Source of the DNA: Hyphochytrium catenoides
Taxonomy: Eukaryota; Protista; Hyphochytriomycota
DNA length: 64,000 bases
NCBI GenBank assembly: GCA_900088475.1
Contig: FLMG01001623.1
Span: 62,001-126,000 of the forward strand
Direction: 5' to 3'
The first letter of the stretch is position 1, and every line of letters begins with the position of its first letter. Positions 46,501 through 58,300 of this stretch are shown in pieces. Under the pieces are notes generated by a model, which saw only the letters and a list, made by a program, of their open reading frames with translations, did not search any database and was not told where the DNA came from. The position numbers were made by a program, and so were the translations under genes.

Positions 46501-49500
46501 CATGCTGACACGATGAAAAGACGGTCTGGTGGCCCGACAAAAGGGTTGGTCAGTAAGTTGTGCCCTACTCACCCAAGTCCAATGAATTTCCAGGAGTCAC
46601 TTCAAATCTCACTCCCCAGTGGCAATAGTCAGTCGTAGATGAGTTAACAACCTCACCATCCGCAGGAGAAGGGAACACCAGGTCGAACGGCTGCAAGAGA
46701 GAAAGACAGAGGCGGCCGAATGAGTTTGGGTCGAAGAGAGGCTTATTGCCCACAAGTAGAAGTCCAAGGATTGATAGGCCGCCTTTCAAAGCACTCGAGT
46801 TTGTCTGTGATAGATTTCTTCCTTTCAAGAGTTAGCTTCTCTTCGACTTTGACTAGCATCCTACCTTGGTCACCTTATTCTCGTCACCTCTGTCGACGGG
46901 AGAAGTACTTTCCACATAATGTGGTGCCAGCTTTCCACCCAGTCGAACACCGTGATTGCAGCGCTTAGAGGAGTCACGCACAGGAGGTAACGTGGATGCT
47001 TCCTTCTCCTGCTCATTCGCCTCTAGAACGTTAGCTCCTTCATCAAACCGCCAGTAGCCCACCACAGAATCCTCATCGTCGTAAAAAGGGCCAAGCAGTT
47101 GCTGCTTGGAAGAGGAGGAAGAAGACGACGAGGCGGTCGTTGCCGCCGTGGCTTGCCATTTGGCTACATCGGATGTTGACACCTAGGATTGTTCGTGGTA
47201 AGGACACTTATCAAAGACCGTACGCCCAAGGAGCGAAAACGAGGCCGATGCCGAAGCTCACAGAGTGAGGATTATCGGGTTGCTTATCACGTCGGAAAGC
47301 CTTAATGCTTTGTAAGCAAGCGGCGCGGAAAGAATTGCAAGCGAGTATACTACCAAGAGTGGACGAGAATCTCACCCGCTCTTCCAACCTGGGTTGGGCC
47401 ATTCCCACCCAACCTCCAACACTGTCAAGGGACAATTGCGTTGTAGCAAAGAGAGGAGGACAATGCAACTCTGGAGCGTCTTCTTGTGCCTGCGCTACGT
47501 TCTGACTCTTGAGTGACCCAATCTTTGGTTGGGTCGTAATAAGCGCTCCACGGCGCTTGGCCCCATAATACTCGAAGCTCTGTGACGAGAGAGGAATATC
47601 CCCTATATAGGAACTGGTCAGACAGCCTATATATCAACCCATGAACGTCAAAATGGTACAGCTCTAGGGCATTAAACCTCTCTCGCAGTGCGCGGGAACC
47701 TTAACACATATCTGGGCCGTAGCTCGCTCTAACCTGTCCATCTTGGAGCTTACCTTTCCCTCTTTCACTTGCCAGTAGACAAGAATATACCAGAGGCGAA
47801 GAAGACTTCATCTTGGGAGCCCAGCTCTGGCTGAACTCCTTGCTAAGATCCCATGAGAGTTGTAGCTGTAACAAGGGCATGCCAGTCAAGGGGGATGCAA
47901 GGCCTGGCTTCAACCCAGAAGAGATAGGGTAATCTGATGACATCAAATACTTTTGACAAACGGAGTTCTGAGGCGGTAAGATAAGCATAGCGTGTTGTCA
48001 TCCGAATCTTGTAATAGCGCAGCACTGCATGTCATCGTGCATAGAAAGGCGGTCAATATTGGTCTCCATTGACCTACCAATTTCAGTATGAACCATTCGT
48101 CTCCGGCCAAATCGGCACACCGCAAAGCGGATGAGAACCCCCCACGGGCAGCTAGGATGGCCGCCAGTCTGCGTAGAGCTAAACTGAGATTGGAGTCCGG
48201 ATGAGGGAGCGATGGCCCAAGTCCAAAAGGCTTTAGGACGTATTCCTGATGGATATTGGGAAGCCCGTACAGCCGGTGGCAGGATTACAAAGTGGCAGAT
48301 GCAGGCAGGAGGGCACGCAGTTAGCTTAAATGCCAAAGTACTGGAGGATACATAACGCACCTGTAAACTCGGGTGATCCACAAGCATGTCCACCAGGGCC
48401 GCCTCCCATGCTCCGAGAGAAATAGATATCTTACAGCGGTCCTTGCCGCTAATGTATGGGCGGAATCTCCACGCTCCGCTTTCAACTTTCCCTTCCCTAG
48501 CTTCAGTAACCCTCCTTCCAGTTGCCAAGTAGTACGCCAAAGCATGCAGCTCTTGCCTGTGCAACTCTCTGACCAGAAGACGGGAGTTCCCACTGTCGGG
48601 CGTGAAACCTCCCTTGCTTTCTCTTTCTGCGGGAGACAGCATGCGTAGGTTCTCCATGTATCCGGTGATAAGACGGCTTATTACACTTCTCATACTGGTC
48701 CCGTTGGAGGAGAGTACATGCTTATGGGCGAGCAGACCGAGTGCCAGAGGTTCCAAAGGGAAGAATGCCCTGGACCTCATCTGCAAGGTAGAGGGCAAAC
48801 GAGAACATTTGGCTTTGGTCAGCAGGCTTGTTGGGGCCTAATTCAGATTTGAGAGACAATAGAGAAAACAGTTCGCCGCTTGACTCTGTGCCGTTGCCGA
48901 TTACACCCGTCTAACCTGCAGTTTGTGATCTTTCTTGTCCACGCACAGAAAGAGAAGCCTATCTGGAAGCACGCCAACGAGGATGAAAGAAGAAGATGGG
49001 GACGCCATCACATCCAAGCAACAGCCAGAACGACAAGGAGAATCTTTCCTGGCTGTCAAGTAGCAGACTCGGCCTCGAGACGTTGAAAATAGAAGAGTAG
49101 AGCCCATCCAGAGCATGGAGCTAACCATATCCTTCATGTTCTAGGCCAAAGAGAAGTAAAGGGATAAACGTACAGAGGGAAGGAATTGTGAAGTTAGACA
49201 GGTTACATGGTCCGATATATCGAAGCAGTTTAAGGACTCGGATTCTAATCGCTGAGTACTATGTTTTACCATGTCTCCATTAGCTGGAAAGGATGCGATA
49301 GCTTCCTGGTGATGCTCGTTCAAGAGCCGAAGCTCGGCGTCCACAATAAGCAAACGAGTAGTCGTGAGGATGGCGCACAAATGTCGTCCATCGGCCTATG
49401 TAAGCAATACTTGTTTCAATGCGTGGGAGAAGGACCGCATTGTTGAGGAACCCATCGAATAGAACCCAAAAATCAAGCAGTAAGACAGTGGTAAGGTGGC

Positions 49501-52496
49501 AAGCTCTGTGGATATTCAAATATCATCCCAACGACCAGGAGCCAAATACCACTTGCTGGAGAGCAGGTGAGCAATACAAGTCTGATAACCCTTTTGAGAA
49601 GCTGACCTCCGGGCACCAATCAGAATCTATATTCTGCCAGCATACGTCCAATACATGTTCTTTGGGAAGCAGAGGCAGAACGTAGCGGTGGGAGTCAATG
49701 GTAACAGTTGCGTTTTCGTTGACGAACGCAGAGAGGGAAAGCTGGTTTAAAGAGATAACCTCTCTTTCTTCTTCATGAGAAACCGTTAAAAGTTCTGAGC
49801 TATCGCCCTCACAGTTGCGGAGTCGTGCGGGAAAGATCCTTCGTACTGGTCCTGGGAAGTGTATTCTTCCTCTCTGGAAGAAGGTTTCGGCGTGCTCGAC
49901 AGAAGGAGGAAGCGAGTATACGGAGAGTTCTTTTCTGTCTGCTTGCAGACTGCAGAAAAGAGGAGGTAAGTCCTTGGCTTCTAGAATCCCAAAATCCAGG
50001 CCCAGCACCAGCTGGTCCTCGAGAAGGAGAGGGGGCCCATTATCAATCAGGTTGCTCCTAAGGCTAAACGCAGTGGCAGCATAGCCAATGGCCCCATCAC
50101 CACTCTCCATCATCACTGCGAGTACCACTGCTATTGTCATACTATAGCTTCCGAAGATCAGACGTTCTGGCACGAATACCCCTGCATCGCTGCCGGCTAT
50201 GCCAGTGAGGGTGCTGAATGGATCATGAGAGGTAGTAAAGGAGCCTATGAGTTGTCGCCCAAATTTAAGGTAATGGGAGAGTAAGGAATAAGAATAGGCT
50301 CCACAGTCCAAGGTCAGGGAGCACGAAAGACGAGATAGAGTGCAACCTAAGACTAACCTCACATGCTCTGGGGAGCAGTAGGTTGGCAGGATAGCGGCCA
50401 CGCGTTTCTTTTCGTTGAAGTTGATAGGCAGAAACTCCAGTCGGTAACCCTTGTTCTGTAAAGGTGACAAAGAAAAGATAACGGCCCAAGATCAACCCTA
50501 AACATTTGGAGTCTTTGGTGACTCTCGCGTATCTAACTATCGCTTGTTAGAAGGTATTCTCTTAGCTACGATTTAGTGATGGGTTCCTAGAAGATTGTTC
50601 ATGCACTACCTTTACTTACCTCTGACTTTTGTATGATAGGGATCTGCTGCATAACCTGGTCCTTAGGAGTGGTCGTCTCGTTCATACCCTCGAGGTACAC
50701 CTTCGACGGCAACGACAGGGGAATGGCAGACTGAGCTAGAAGGGGAGGTATGCTAAGGAATCCCGTTATGGTGGCATCTCCGAATTTTCCGGCTTTACTA
50801 GCCCCATGAAGTTGCTGAATGTGAGAGGATGACTTGATTGGTTGATAAGCTGTAAATCGTTGCATTTGAACTTGATTGCCAGCCGCGGATACAATGGCAA
50901 AAGCACTTCGCTTAGGATCTGACAAGATGGCAAAGTGTCTTTCTTTATCCGTAACGATAGAAGGGGGCACAAATGTCCAAAGGACTCGCCGCCCTGTGGG
51001 CCTGGATAGGTCAAGACACCTAACTATTGCAGAGCAAATAGGTGTTCCTGGACTTGCTGGGTTTAAACTCTTACTCTGACAGCAAAGGAGGAAGGGTGTC
51101 ACGTTATTGAGAAAGCAGACAGACTGCTCTTGAGTCCCCTGCGCTGTTGTGTCGTGATAGACGTTGAGGAGAGATGCAGGTTTCCGGGAGCGATCATCAC
51201 TGATCGACCAAACACGCACTTCTCCTAGAACAGGGATGCACAGATTGAGCGCTAGGACGCATAAAGTTAACTCCGACGGGAGATTCTGGTACCTTGCATG
51301 TTGCTTGTGGCGAGCAGACATTGTTCCGAACGAGCCTGCCAGGAAATTGAAGTGACAGCCTTGTTGGCTTCCGCCTCCTTCACGGAAAGGAGGAAAAAGC
51401 GTACTTAGATAGGATCGTCTGGGAGATCCAGTAGAGGCAGCAACAAAGAAGGAGGCGTGGAAGGCTGGGCAAAGCCAACAACTACGCCTATGTGACACTA
51501 CCCCTCCTACCGTGGGGGCCAAGGTGTAGAGAACAGGAGAGGACCCTTCCGGAACGTCGTCTACTGCCACAGTGCCCAGGCTAAGCACCGAATCCTTTCG
51601 TGAAGTAGTCTTGACCAAGTCTCCAGCAGGAAGAGACGTGCCAGGTGCCATAGCACCTTCATCCAATGAGAGGCTGGAAGTGCCTAATAGGAAAATGGTT
51701 TAGTTTCCATTGCAGATTGACCTCAGCATATAGATGTGACCTTCAAGTAGAGGAGGGGCACCCCGGAGCTCTACCACTTGCTGGAAGTCAATGACAAGGG
51801 TGAGGCCATCAGCAGTGCCGCATGCCACGATCAGCTTATGTGGATGGCAGGAGATTCTTGATATAGCGCTGCGTTTAGTGAGGGATTTATCCTTGAAGCC
51901 ATACTCAGGACACGCCAGTTGTTGCAGGGTCGGTGCAATGCCCTGCTGGTAATCAACTTTGACCGCGTGAAGACTATGAGAACCGTTATTGACGAAAAAT
52001 AATAACGGTATGTCATGGGCTGATGTGGTGCCGCCCATGACATTGATCTCTGCTCCACTGACCCTATGGCCCTTGGAGTTGTACAGCGGTCCCAGATATC
52101 TGCGCTTCTCAAGATCAAACAGTAGCAGGGTGCCATCACTAACGAGGGATAAAGGTTATACTTTAGCCATAGGAAGAAATTCACATGCCACTTATTCGAT
52201 TACCTTCTCAGGGCTACCAGATAGGATGGGCCGCTAGAGGAACTAAGAACCGTGGCATTGCGGATTTTATAGGTGGGTCCGTCATCTGTGTGAACATCTA
52301 ACCTGAATATTGATAGTAAAGAGCCGTCCAGACTGAACTGGCAAAGAGACTTCTCGGTTACGATGAGAAGATTGTTGTTTGAAGGGTGGCGAAGGAAGCA
52401 GATTGGTGCTCCTATATTTGAGCTAGTGCTGCTCCAACGGCTCCTGGGAGGAGAGAGGCTGAGCTCTATACTACCTGTTGGCACAATGTCATACAT
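43558..52496 (-). CDS. TSET/TPLATE-complex scaffold TTRAY2/TWD40-2-like protein (alpha-COP-related) with an inserted LamG/ConA-like domain
   Basis: WD40-like N-terminus, CAILTTTRLLIVDAEL, SMLWMGSTLLFST, LVGVLPDRLL, PLEPLALG. C-terminal FDIALERLNECL, CAKYKLATRLL, RKNIALGNYG and Cys pairs VCYE|TFK...CPTC...CPSC. These match recalled plant TWD40-2 blocks. Internal exon boundaries are only partly resolved. Confidence 0.75.
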
Positions 52497-53167
52497 CCTT
52501 TGGGACGTGTTCGTGGGAGCGGCAGCGATATCCTAACTATCAGGTTTTATCATCTGTCAACACTCGTCTTGGCCGACTGGGCCAGCGCACTTCCATCAGC
52601 GGCACTCAGCTTCACCGCGCGGCTAGAGTGCTCTCGCGCCTCCGACGCTACCTTTACTCTTGCTCTCATCAAGAGAGGATAGAGGATAGATCTGACGCCA
52701 TGGGGCTGCGAAAGGAAGCGAGGCCTTGAGCCTTGAGCGAGGCGTTACCAACATAGAAGTCTTTTCATCGGACAAGTCCTGGGGAAGGACTGAGATCGCT
52801 ATGCAACTTATCTAAAGTAATCACTCCTATGATTCTAGGGGGTGCTAAGTAAAAGTCCTCGGAATCAGAATAGACTGATCACTACTAGACTAGGTTTTCG
52901 AGGACCAGTTTATGATTCTCTCTGCGTGCCAGTCACGCTTTGATATTACTACGCGCTACTTTCCCTCTTTGAAAGTTGGCTGTATGCCGCATATTATTAT
53001 GTTTAGTGGTACCGAGGTGCCGCCGCCAATCAGTGGGGGCCAAGAAGTGATGAAGGCTTTGTCTGAAGGTTGAGATCGGAGACTCTGTGGAGCTGCGTAT
53101 TGTTCTTCATTGTCAAAGTCTTCGCTACACTGCTCGGCTGGGCTCATAACCACACACTTGTGGAACC

Positions 53168-53736
53168 ATGGTGAAGGACATCCGTATCACTTACAGGCGC
53201 AGACATGCCTATGCTACCAAGTCTAACGCCATCAAGCCTGTAAAGACTCCTGGTAAGAAGATGGATTGCGGAGAGTGAGGGGAGCAAGAGAACTGGCATT
53301 TGGAGATATTGACTGACATAAACTCTTTTTAGGTGGCAGACTGGTTGCTCACTACCGCAAGAAGCATGCTAAGGGTGCAAAGTGCGGTGACTGCGGCACC
53401 GTACTTCCAGGAGTAGGTTTTTTACAGCAACACTGGTAATATAGTACTTGGGATCTGACTGTAGAACCATCGACGATTGCAGGTCGCTCATTTGAGGCCC
53501 AAGAACATGAAGAAGGCACACAAGCCTTCAAAGACTGTGGTTCGTGCATATGGTGGTTCTAGATGCGGAAATTGCGTGCGTGAAAGGTAAACAATGCGTG
53601 CCGACACCATAGGTATGCAGCCACCTTTCTAACACCACGTTTCAGAATCGTTCGGGCTTTCCTTATCGAAGAGCAGAAGATTGTCAAGAAGGTATTGAAG
53701 GAGAAGCTCTCCAAGAAGAAGAAGACCGCTGCGTAG
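53168..53736 (+). CDS. RPL34: 60S ribosomal protein L34 (eL34), 4 exons
   Basis: MVKDIRITYRRRHAYATKSNAIKPVKTPG|GRLVAHY...KCGDCGTVLPG|VAHLRP...VVRAYGGSRCGNCVRER|IVRAFLIEEQKIVKKVLK. Confidence 0.97.
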
Positions 53737-55340
53737 ACTTTTTCATGACTCCCTTCATTGCCGAACTGTGTAGCCCACGCAATGGCAAGCGGTAATAAAA
53801 TAACCCTGTCGCCTTCACCAATCATACACAGCATGTACACTCGACTCTTTTCTAGCTTCAACTATCTACCGCGCGTGCCCATATAACCCATCGTCGTTGG
53901 TGTTGTAAACGCCTCATGCGGTATAGCGATTTCCAGGAATCTGGAGTCGCAGGCGGGAAGTTAGCACCGTGCGAGCAATGCGTACGGGTGGCAGTTGACT
54001 GCGGGTACTAAAGGCAGGGCGAAGGTGCAGACCGTTATGCGTGCGCCGGAGAGAGCGCGCAGTAACCTATTGCGAGAAACACGATATAGACTCTAACAGC
54101 AAAACATCGTCCTGCTAAAGTTTCTTGATCTTCTAGAGCTGTCTACAGCCACTTCCCACGGTGCCAATCGATCCAGCTTGACTCTCTAAACTCTTGCCCA
54201 TCATGGACCAGACTTGTTGTATTATGTACTATCCTTTCTAGACTTCTACACTCTGGCCCCTTTTCTCTAAAAAGGAGGAGATGCTGCTTTAGTCGATGTA
54301 ATTATGCGGTATACTCGCTTCCAGTGAGCCGGAGCTCTACTCAAGATATAAGCTATTTCGGTCTCTCACGACCTCTCCCTGCACAAAGAAGCCCACAATA
54401 TTGGGCAGCGCTCCTCTCTTTCATCTTCTTGAATGTACGGAGTATTTTCTCATTAAGTGGGAAGGTACGGTTACTTCCAATCAACCCTAGCCCGGCCTAT
54501 TATATCTCATGAGCAGCCCTCAGAAAACAGATAAGGTTCCTTTTGGTGATTAAATGACATCATGAGGATAGAGTCTAAAGAAGTGACAAATAAGAAGCGA
54601 GCCCTCTGTGTCGCGTGTTAGTATGCTTCTGCTGCTTATTGCAGCGACTGCTAATGATAAGCTTATCAATGAAGTGTTGCTGGTTTTCAGCACCTACACT
54701 AATGACAAGCTCATGCACCTTTCTTTAGGGTCAGAAATATATCATTATTGCTGTTGGTGCCTCTTAGTTCTTCATCGAAGGTTTCTTTACTAAGCAATCA
54801 TGAAGCTAAGAGCTCTACTCCCGGAGGATGTCTAGACAGTACCGATATTGCTACTTCTTGTAAAGCAATAGTTGTTGGGTGAAATCCTGGTTCTGTGGTG
54901 GCTTTATTATTACGACCGTCAAAGGGCACAATTGAAGAGAACTACGAAAGGCTGAAGATGTGCTGATGGCGGCGATCATCTTCAACCTTCTTCAACCGCT
55001 GTCATTCAGCATCTGTTGCCACTTCTGAGGATACTCATCTGCTGACAGCCTCTCAATAGTTCTCTCCTTTCGCCTAGTTAGCTGTTTGTTCTTCAGCGTG
55101 AGGACCAAGAGATTGGTCAGGACTCGTCAAGGGTGCAGAAGTTAAAGGTCTAATGGGAGGGAAGGCGTTCTCTTGGGCGTGATGAGTCCAGGTGTCAGTG
55201 ACGAGGGTGTGTAACATATGCCTGAAGAGTACTTCTTTTGCTCTGAGAAGCCTGCCTTCTTGTGCCCGTTAGTCGAAATGTTAGGCTTCTATAATGAACG
55301 TGAGGTGATGTAGAAGGTCATTGTACTGACCGACACAGAG

Positions 55341-58300
55341 ATGGTGGCCGACACATACCTAAGGTTCTTGGTGGGGGTCTGTGGGCTCATCAATGTACAA
55401 GGCGGTAAGTGAGCTTATGTCCTTGTCTCTAATAGTGGCATCTGTGCTTTTCATTCGTCTTTTAACTCTTGGCCTCTTGTGATGCTTGGTCCTTGGACTA
55501 TGTTGACGACAGGACCCATTACCCTGCCAGTACACTAAACATGCTCGAACGCTCTTCGGTGGCTTCGTTCCTCTTCTGCTGGCTTTTTGCACCTCATCGT
55601 CTCAACAACTTCCTACTGTCTTTCCTGACCCTTGTCCATCATCCCTTCCATTCTATTAGTAAACTGGGCCCAGGTTAGCGGGCCCCAGCGTACAAATATC
55701 GCCACAGTGCACCCTACAGGGTGGAAGTCTCGCTGGGGTCACGCGGCAGTGGCCGTAGAGCTAACGGCGGAGGAGGTGACCTTCACTCAGCAGAATAGCA
55801 GCATCTATATTATTGGAGGAGATAACCAACACTGGGCTGCAACGAAGACACACCTGGAGGTCGAGGCGTACCCCGGCGGGGAAGGCTACACTAACGATGT
55901 CTGGTCTAGCACAGGTGTAGGTGAGTTCTATTATAATGGAGTGGACTAATAAGCAAGGGAAAGGTCTTGTGGCCACATATGTCTTGAGGATAGAGAGAAG
56001 CAGCGCTGGCGAAACATAGTAACTCCCAAGAGAAAGCAAGCAAAGAGAAGAAAGCGTCATTCGTCGATAGAAGGGGACAAGCTAATCAATGCATCCTTCT
56101 GTCTCGCACAGAGTACTTTACTACCCTCAATCTGTTGGAGTCGACGGACTGGGGGGATCCAATGCCACGAATGGTCTCTGTTAATCGCTGGATTCAGAAG
56201 AGCAAGGGAAAGGTTCCGCCTGGAACTGTGACCTACAATGATTGGATTGCATGTTCCCTCCTTCCGTTTGGCGTTCAGATCAACAACAATACCGAGGCAT
56301 GTGCCGACACCACCCAGCCTCCTGGTTCCTACCTAGCTGATAACATGTTCTCTCCCCGTCGATACCACGCCGCAGTTGCAATTAGGCACCAGGTAAGGCA
56401 TCGTGGGGGCCAGCCTTCCTAGGTCTACTCCTTTGATCTGTCTTTCTTCTCACTTGTAAACCTGATGCCGTAAGTTCCATGTGCCTCCTTTCGTACGCCT
56501 TTTCGCAGTGCAACTTCAGCTGCCATGGGTCACTCTGCCTGTTGATCTCTTTTAACATGGGTAATCTTTCTTGGTGCCCTTCTTTGGAAAGATCTATGTC
56601 ATGGGAGGTCGAGCGAGGGAGATGGAGTATTTCCGCGATGAGGACTCATACGGAGGAATTCTAGCGCCAGACCAGACGCGAAGAGCAAGGGAGAGGAGCG
56701 TACTTAAGAACGACGTATGGCTCAGCAGCACTGGAGGTATGTCCCTCGGGTCCGCTAACACCTCCTTCCTACTTGTTCGTGTTTGTTGTCCGGTTCGCAG
56801 TGTCAAGCACCCTACAACCATTTTTCACCTACAATGCCTTTTTCCTGAAGACACCCCCTCCGTCAATTTTTCCTTCTCTTCCCCAACTTTGACATCCACT
56901 TTTAGCTTCCCTGTGCTAAGGTTCTCTATATATCTTGTCGTTGGTTAAACAATCTGGCTTAGGCGACCGCTGGGTCCTCATACGCCCCGGATGCCGTTTT
57001 CCTGATGCTGCCCTGATATCACCCGGGACACGATTTGGAATATGTTTTGCAACCTCACAGTGCTTCGGAGACGAGGTATGCGTCCTACCAGAAAAGGGGG
57101 GCCCCGGCTTCTGTGCATGTGGCGATCGGATATGGAGTCCCAGGGAGCAGCACAGTGTAGCCGTATTCAACGGCAAGATATACGTGGCGGGCGGCTATAC
57201 CTTCGTTTATAAGCAAATTTGTGGGGGCGAAAGCGCTACTTCAGGGCGAGGTAGGAGTGTCAACTTACTTCTTCTCTTCCTGTCTTTCCTTCAAGGGCAA
57301 CTGCTTCTCTACCTCCTTTCCCTCTCATAGAGTTGACGTCCAATCTAGTTGCTCCAATCCAGGAGAAATAGTGTTGTCTGTGCTACCTTGTTTCCTGCTG
57401 ATCTACCTTATTTCATGCTGATCTCATCGACCTCGGCCTCTTTCCACGTTGATAGGGTTGAGTTTTCCTTGTTCTGACATAGTATTGGTCCAATGCAGGT
57501 GTCCCACGATATCGCTGCGGCGGCCAGTATCCTCACTACTTAAATGATGTGTGGAGCTCGCCCAATGGAGCACTTTGGACCAAGGAAGTTGAGAGGGCTG
57601 ATTGGGCTCCCAGAGCTCTACATGGGATGGCTGCTTTCCAGAATAATCTGTATATTATGGCAGGCTTTCAAGGGGGATCGAAAGGTTGGCGAATTCCGTT
57701 TATAACTGATCTAGTGCTCCTTCTGCTTCAACCAGAGACCCTACACCCCTTCATATCCTATAAGGCTTTTGGACTATTATACCCGGGCAATAGCATGCAA
57801 TGTCTTGGCCCTTTAGTCTCTTTCTTCAAGGGGACTGTCAGCCAATACTTCGTTATTAAGTTTAGCTTTGTACCGGTAGATGAACCAGACAGTTATTTCA
57901 ATGACGTTTGGCGGAGCTCGGACGGAGTGACGTGGACGCGAATGACAGAGCCCGCATGGAGTCCTCGATCAGACTTTAAGGTCAGTTGTGTCTGATCTCG
58001 GTGGTCTGAGATCCGTCCAGCTGGATGGTTGCCACAGAAGATATTCCATACCTTCTGTTATATCAGTTGACCTTATGACTTTCAATTTTGCTTACGTCAG
58101 GCCCTGGCTGTTGCAAAAGGCTCGAGCACGGAGTTGTTAGTTATGGGTGGCACAACTGGTGACCATTTGCTGAATGATGTCTGGAGCTGGAGCGGAGTAG
58201 AGAAGGATCCATGGCTGCTTGACTACGGTCCTGCTTCCAGCTCTAGGGAGTATGTTGCCGCTAATAGCCAGGTAAAAAGCCAAGATACATGACAGGAGAG

